Below the pieces are notes generated by a model. The model was not told where the DNA came from. It was given only the letters and a program-made list of their open reading frames with translations, and made no database searches. Positions 59,976 to 64,000 of a stretch of 64,000 nt of DNA are shown piece by piece; the first letter of the stretch is position 1, and each line of letters begins with the position of its first letter. This DNA comes from Macrostomum lignano (lineage: Eukaryota): positions 310,001-374,000 of the forward strand of contig NIVC01000621.1 in assembly GCA_002269645.1 (NCBI GenBank), given 5' to 3'. Both the position numbers and the translations under genes were made by a program.

Positions 59976-62490
59976 CCTGCGATGCACTAGGAGCAGTTTT
60001 GGAGGCGACGCCAAGCTGAGACTCATCGAGCGCACAGCTACGATGGTGGTTCAGAAGAGACGGAAGCACTTCGGCTACGAGACAAGTTGAAGCGAAGCCC
60101 CCGTGGGAGCAGCTCAATCCTTCCTTGATCTCCCCCTTTATCCCCTATATCCCTCCATGGACCCCTGACTGGAATATTTCGGTGCATCTGGTCAACTCGT
60201 CCGGCCAGTTGTCCGGCTCCACTCGGTCACGTTCGCGCTTGAACTTCAGGTTCCATCCCTGGTTCTTGAGCTGGTGCGTGAATTCCGTGAATTCGGTCTC
60301 GAGAAACGAAAAACCTATTGACCAGGAGTTTTGTTATTTAAATAAGCGCAAACGTAAATCATAAAACCATTTCAGCCAGCCAGCACGACCCGGAGGAGAG
60401 GATCGGATAACAATCGATCGATGGCGGCCGCGGATCCCGCTAGGCAACGGGACGAGATGGAGAGGTCCGGACCTCCGGAGATGAACAGAGGGACTTTAGG
60501 AAGATTATAAAACAAGGAGCTTGAATTGCTCCGCCGCTCTTCTCACAGCTCCGCTAAGTCCCAGAGTCGAACGTTCAGCCGTTGCTACTCTTCTTTGACT
60601 TCGAGATGCAGCTCGAAGTCAGCAGGAATTCCGTTCCTCAACGTCTACAGGCTGTGGAAATCCATGGATGAACTGCCGGTGTTATGCTTTACAATCTCCG
60701 TGCGCTTGCAGTCTCTGGCCGGAGATCTCAAATGTGACTCTTCTTTGCGATCTCCAGTCCCGGACTCGTGCCTTGAGTTTCCCTGATTTGAGAACTCCGA
60801 GGGTAGAAATGTACATGAGTGGTGTACAGCCACGGGGCTAAAACTCTGTCAAGTATTTATTGGTTGCACGTGCAGGAACTCACACGGCCTTATATGCAAA
60901 CAGCTAACATACATTTGTACTTAGCAGGGTGAGCTCTAGCTGAGTTTTCAGTGTAATTGCGCAATGTATTTCATTCTCTCTGCTTCTCAGTGTGTTTTAA
61001 AAGCTAATTTAATTAAGAATTTAGGAGGCTGCAAGTGTGACTGAGGTATTTGTAGTTTCAAGTGGAGACAGACATGGCAAACGCGCGACTTTAAACCAAG
61101 TTTTCTCTTACGAGGTCGTATTGAACGACTACGATCAATATTTCCGGAGACTTGCCGACCAAATTGAAGGACAATTTGAAGCGCAAAATTCGAGAGAAAA
61201 GTAAAGCCTCTTCTTTCAAGACGGTCAATTGTTTTAAAAAGTGAGAAACCGGAACTGCGGCAAGAAAAGGCGCCGAGAACGGCAGTGGCGTACTCTTTAC
61301 GGAGGATGGAGTCAGGGAAAAGATTGAGTCACGTTATATGGGAACCCACTGGGGCATGGGGAATGGGGGGTTTTAGTAGGGTGGGGAGATTCTTCATATG
61401 GGGATTGATTTTTGTACCTAAACTTCAATAGAGGCATATTTTAAGCAAAAGCAAAAGTTTTTGGGGGTCGAAAGGGGGATGACAAAATAAAGGACAATGA
61501 TCAACAACCAGGACATTTCATTCACCAAATTATATATAGATATATATTTTAAAACGTTTAAAAATTTCCTAGCTCAGTACATCCTTGAAACACTTTCACT
61601 TAGACTTTTTGTTCCAAAAAATCTTTTTTATACATTATCGTTCTTTGACCCGGACATCACAATCCGGATATCGCAAAGCAAAACCTTTGATTTTCTGTCG
61701 GGTGTTTCAACCTGCTTGTGACTTCCGGGAGCAGACTGCAAGCACCCCGGATAACGTAAAGCAGCTTGAGATATCCGGACCAGATACTTGAAGATGCTTG
61801 AAATATTCGGGAGGCCAGATCAGAAAGTAAACTTGTACTATCTGGGCGGATAACACAAGACACGGATATCCGAAAGTATAACACCGGAACCATAATGGCG
61901 ATCGAAGGACGCTCGGAGTAAAAATACGATCCTCAGAAACAAAGTAGTCAAATATTGCCTCTAACTACCTACATATAGCAAACCACTTACAGTCAAAACA
62001 GTAGTATTGAATGCTACGGGCGTAATTGTAAATCCAAATACATGTAACTCAAAACGCTATCACAAGATTTGTGTTTCAAAAGATGCATACTATAGTAATA
62101 GAAGTGCCGATCAGATTGTTTATTGGAACGTGCAAAATAAATTCGTCTTACTCTCGAAAATACATACATGTATCCTCATGCACACTCATTCGATAAAAGT
62201 ACATTATCGATCGGTTTTTTAAGTCCAATATGTACAATTTATAGACTGACAATGCGTGCATACCAATTGCTCATTAAACTCTCTCGATATCAAATTTTAT
62301 CGGTCAGTATACATGTGTCTATATACCAGAGACTAAACACAGTAGTGAATCGTGATAAACCAGAGACTAATTGAAGTGTCTTTATAGCTGCTCTATACTC
62401 ATAAAAAAAACAAATTGTTTATCAAGGTTCTAGATTTGGTTTTTGATCGCTTGTCTGTTGTATAGCCTCAATCGATTTTCAACAAAAAAT

Positions 62491-63092
62491 ATGGCTGGCT
62501 CAAACGACAGAGCAGACTGCTTGCATCACATTCACAATTGGTACAAAGAGTCCGATTCGAAAGACACCATCGTCCCGCTGCATACCATGGAGATGTTCAT
62601 CATGAGCACACTGGGTGCCAATCTGAGTACGTTTACCGATCCGCAGAATCCCAATTTCAAGCCATTCTATCACGACTTTATGGAACCCGTTGGCAACTCC
62701 AGACAGTTTGCTGACAAGCAATCGTTTATGAATAAGACGCGCCTATCAGTCCGACGGGTCCTCGGCTGCGGTCACTTCATGCTGTGCGCCCTGCGAGCCA
62801 CCTACAATCAGTTGGAGAGCAAATACGGCGACTTATGGGAAAATGTGAGCTTCTGGCGAAGCAAGAAAAAACAAATCGAAGAAGAGAATCTGCTCGATCC
62901 CGAGCGACCGTGCAACAGCCAAGCAGTGCTGAAATGGATGCAGAAGTTCTATTTTGAGCTATTCCTCAGCTGCATTCCGATGGACGAGTGCTGGCACAAT
63001 GCCAAGATTTCCTATACTATGCTGCGCTTCACTTCCCCGTGCGAACCAGCAGATGCGGATGTTCGATCGGAGGAATTTCTGAGGAATTATCA
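62491..63092 (+). CDS. First coding exon (~200 aa) of an unidentified protein; downstream exons not found in window
   Basis: ATG in AAAAATATGG context, GC-rich codon usage in an AT-rich surround, ends at donor CA|GTAAGT, upstream acceptor (TTGTATAG). No family recognised. Confidence 0.65.
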
Positions 63093-64000
63093 GTAAGTGT
63101 ATTGTCTAATTTTTTTATTAATTGATGCTTTTACATACATGTAGCTATATAGTATAGGCATTATTATTTTGAAATTTTGTCTAAGAATGAACCATCATAT
63201 TCAGCAGAAGTCCTGGTTGGAGTGCGACAAGAATTAGTAAAAATAGCTATATACGAGCGTACATCATGTACTTTCGTAGTAAGAGAAGACATTTCTTAGA
63301 AAAAAAATAAAAGCTTTATAAAGCTACGCTCACGAATCCCTATACTAATCCTTTGAATAGAAAACCCAAATTAAGCCCCTAGTAGTTTATGGCTTCAGGT
63401 ATTGTACAATCCATGGACAAATATTTGTACTGACGTTAATTGGTTTAGACAATTTTAGATGATCAAGACATGTACAGGGAATTTATGAAATATAATAACA
63501 AGATAGGGAAATCAAGAGTCAATCAAAACAATATTTATTTTCACTTCTAGTCTCGTACGTGTGGATCATAAATTATAATTTTGGGCATTTTATATTGCAG
63601 CGTTCGATTTATGTAACATTACGTGTAATACAAGTATGTATAATTGATGAGGACGCACTTTTCCCAAATTCCACGCTAGCACATGGGCTTTAAACTTGCT
63701 AGCCTACTGACAACAGGCTATGGGCATTTTTTCTTCTCTTTATGTAATTTTCCTAGAATTCATACTAGTCAAATGATTTTGCCATACTTGTAGTTATAAT
63801 AACATAGCTGTGCGGCTTTAGGGTCATAAATCTGGCTTCTGCTTTCGAGCTGGTCTGACAGCCACCTGCGCCTCACTCAATGCTGAGACTGCGGCGCCAG
63901 ATGGTCTGAGAGGATGCGGGCGGTAGATTTTTTCTCATCCTTACAGGAGTCCTCCACAGGACTCTAATTGATTTATTTCTGAGACCTAAGGCCCGAAGGC

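Noticed and set aside
61640-61900. Cluster of CCGGA/CGGATA motifs; similar TTGTCAACT cluster at 50650-50790
   Set aside because: Could be transposon subterminal repeats, but no matching second end or TSD was found.

Overview
Repeat-rich animal genomic DNA with spliceosomal GT-AG introns and TTAGGG-type repeats. The style (a minisatellite in almost every intron, GC-rich exons, an ATG-less first exon) suggests a free-living flatworm such as Macrostomum, but the taxon is inferred and not confirmed. Minus-strand genes: an IFIT-like TPR protein with an unusual C-terminal domain and an 8-aa repeat tail; EMC4; a 10-exon cytoplasmic isoleucyl-tRNA synthetase (IARS1) whose nine introns each carry a tandem repeat, one interrupted by a full-length 5.9-kb Loa/R1-group non-LTR retrotransposon; three tandem C2H2 zinc-finger copies, two frameshifted and one truncated; a Smaug/SAMD4-type SAM protein; and a secreted PAN/apple-domain protein. 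One unknown exon lies on the plus strand near the right end. The 40-57 kb block is a nested transposon graveyard (hAT MITEs, a decayed MULE transposase, RTE remnants, minisatellites, interstitial telomeric repeats). Most interesting: (1) the IFIT-like sensor fused to a possible HEPN-like domain; (2) a hAT MITE family with perfect 8-bp TSDs carrying a captured 28S rRNA helix-69/R2-target fragment; (3) three perfect heat-shock elements plus a TATA-like box with no HSP gene; (4) an EMC4 first exon lacking an in-frame ATG, which may take its AUG from a trans-spliced leader; (5) complementary microsatellites flanking IARS exon 3. All coordinates were derived by hand, and repeat edges are approximate.
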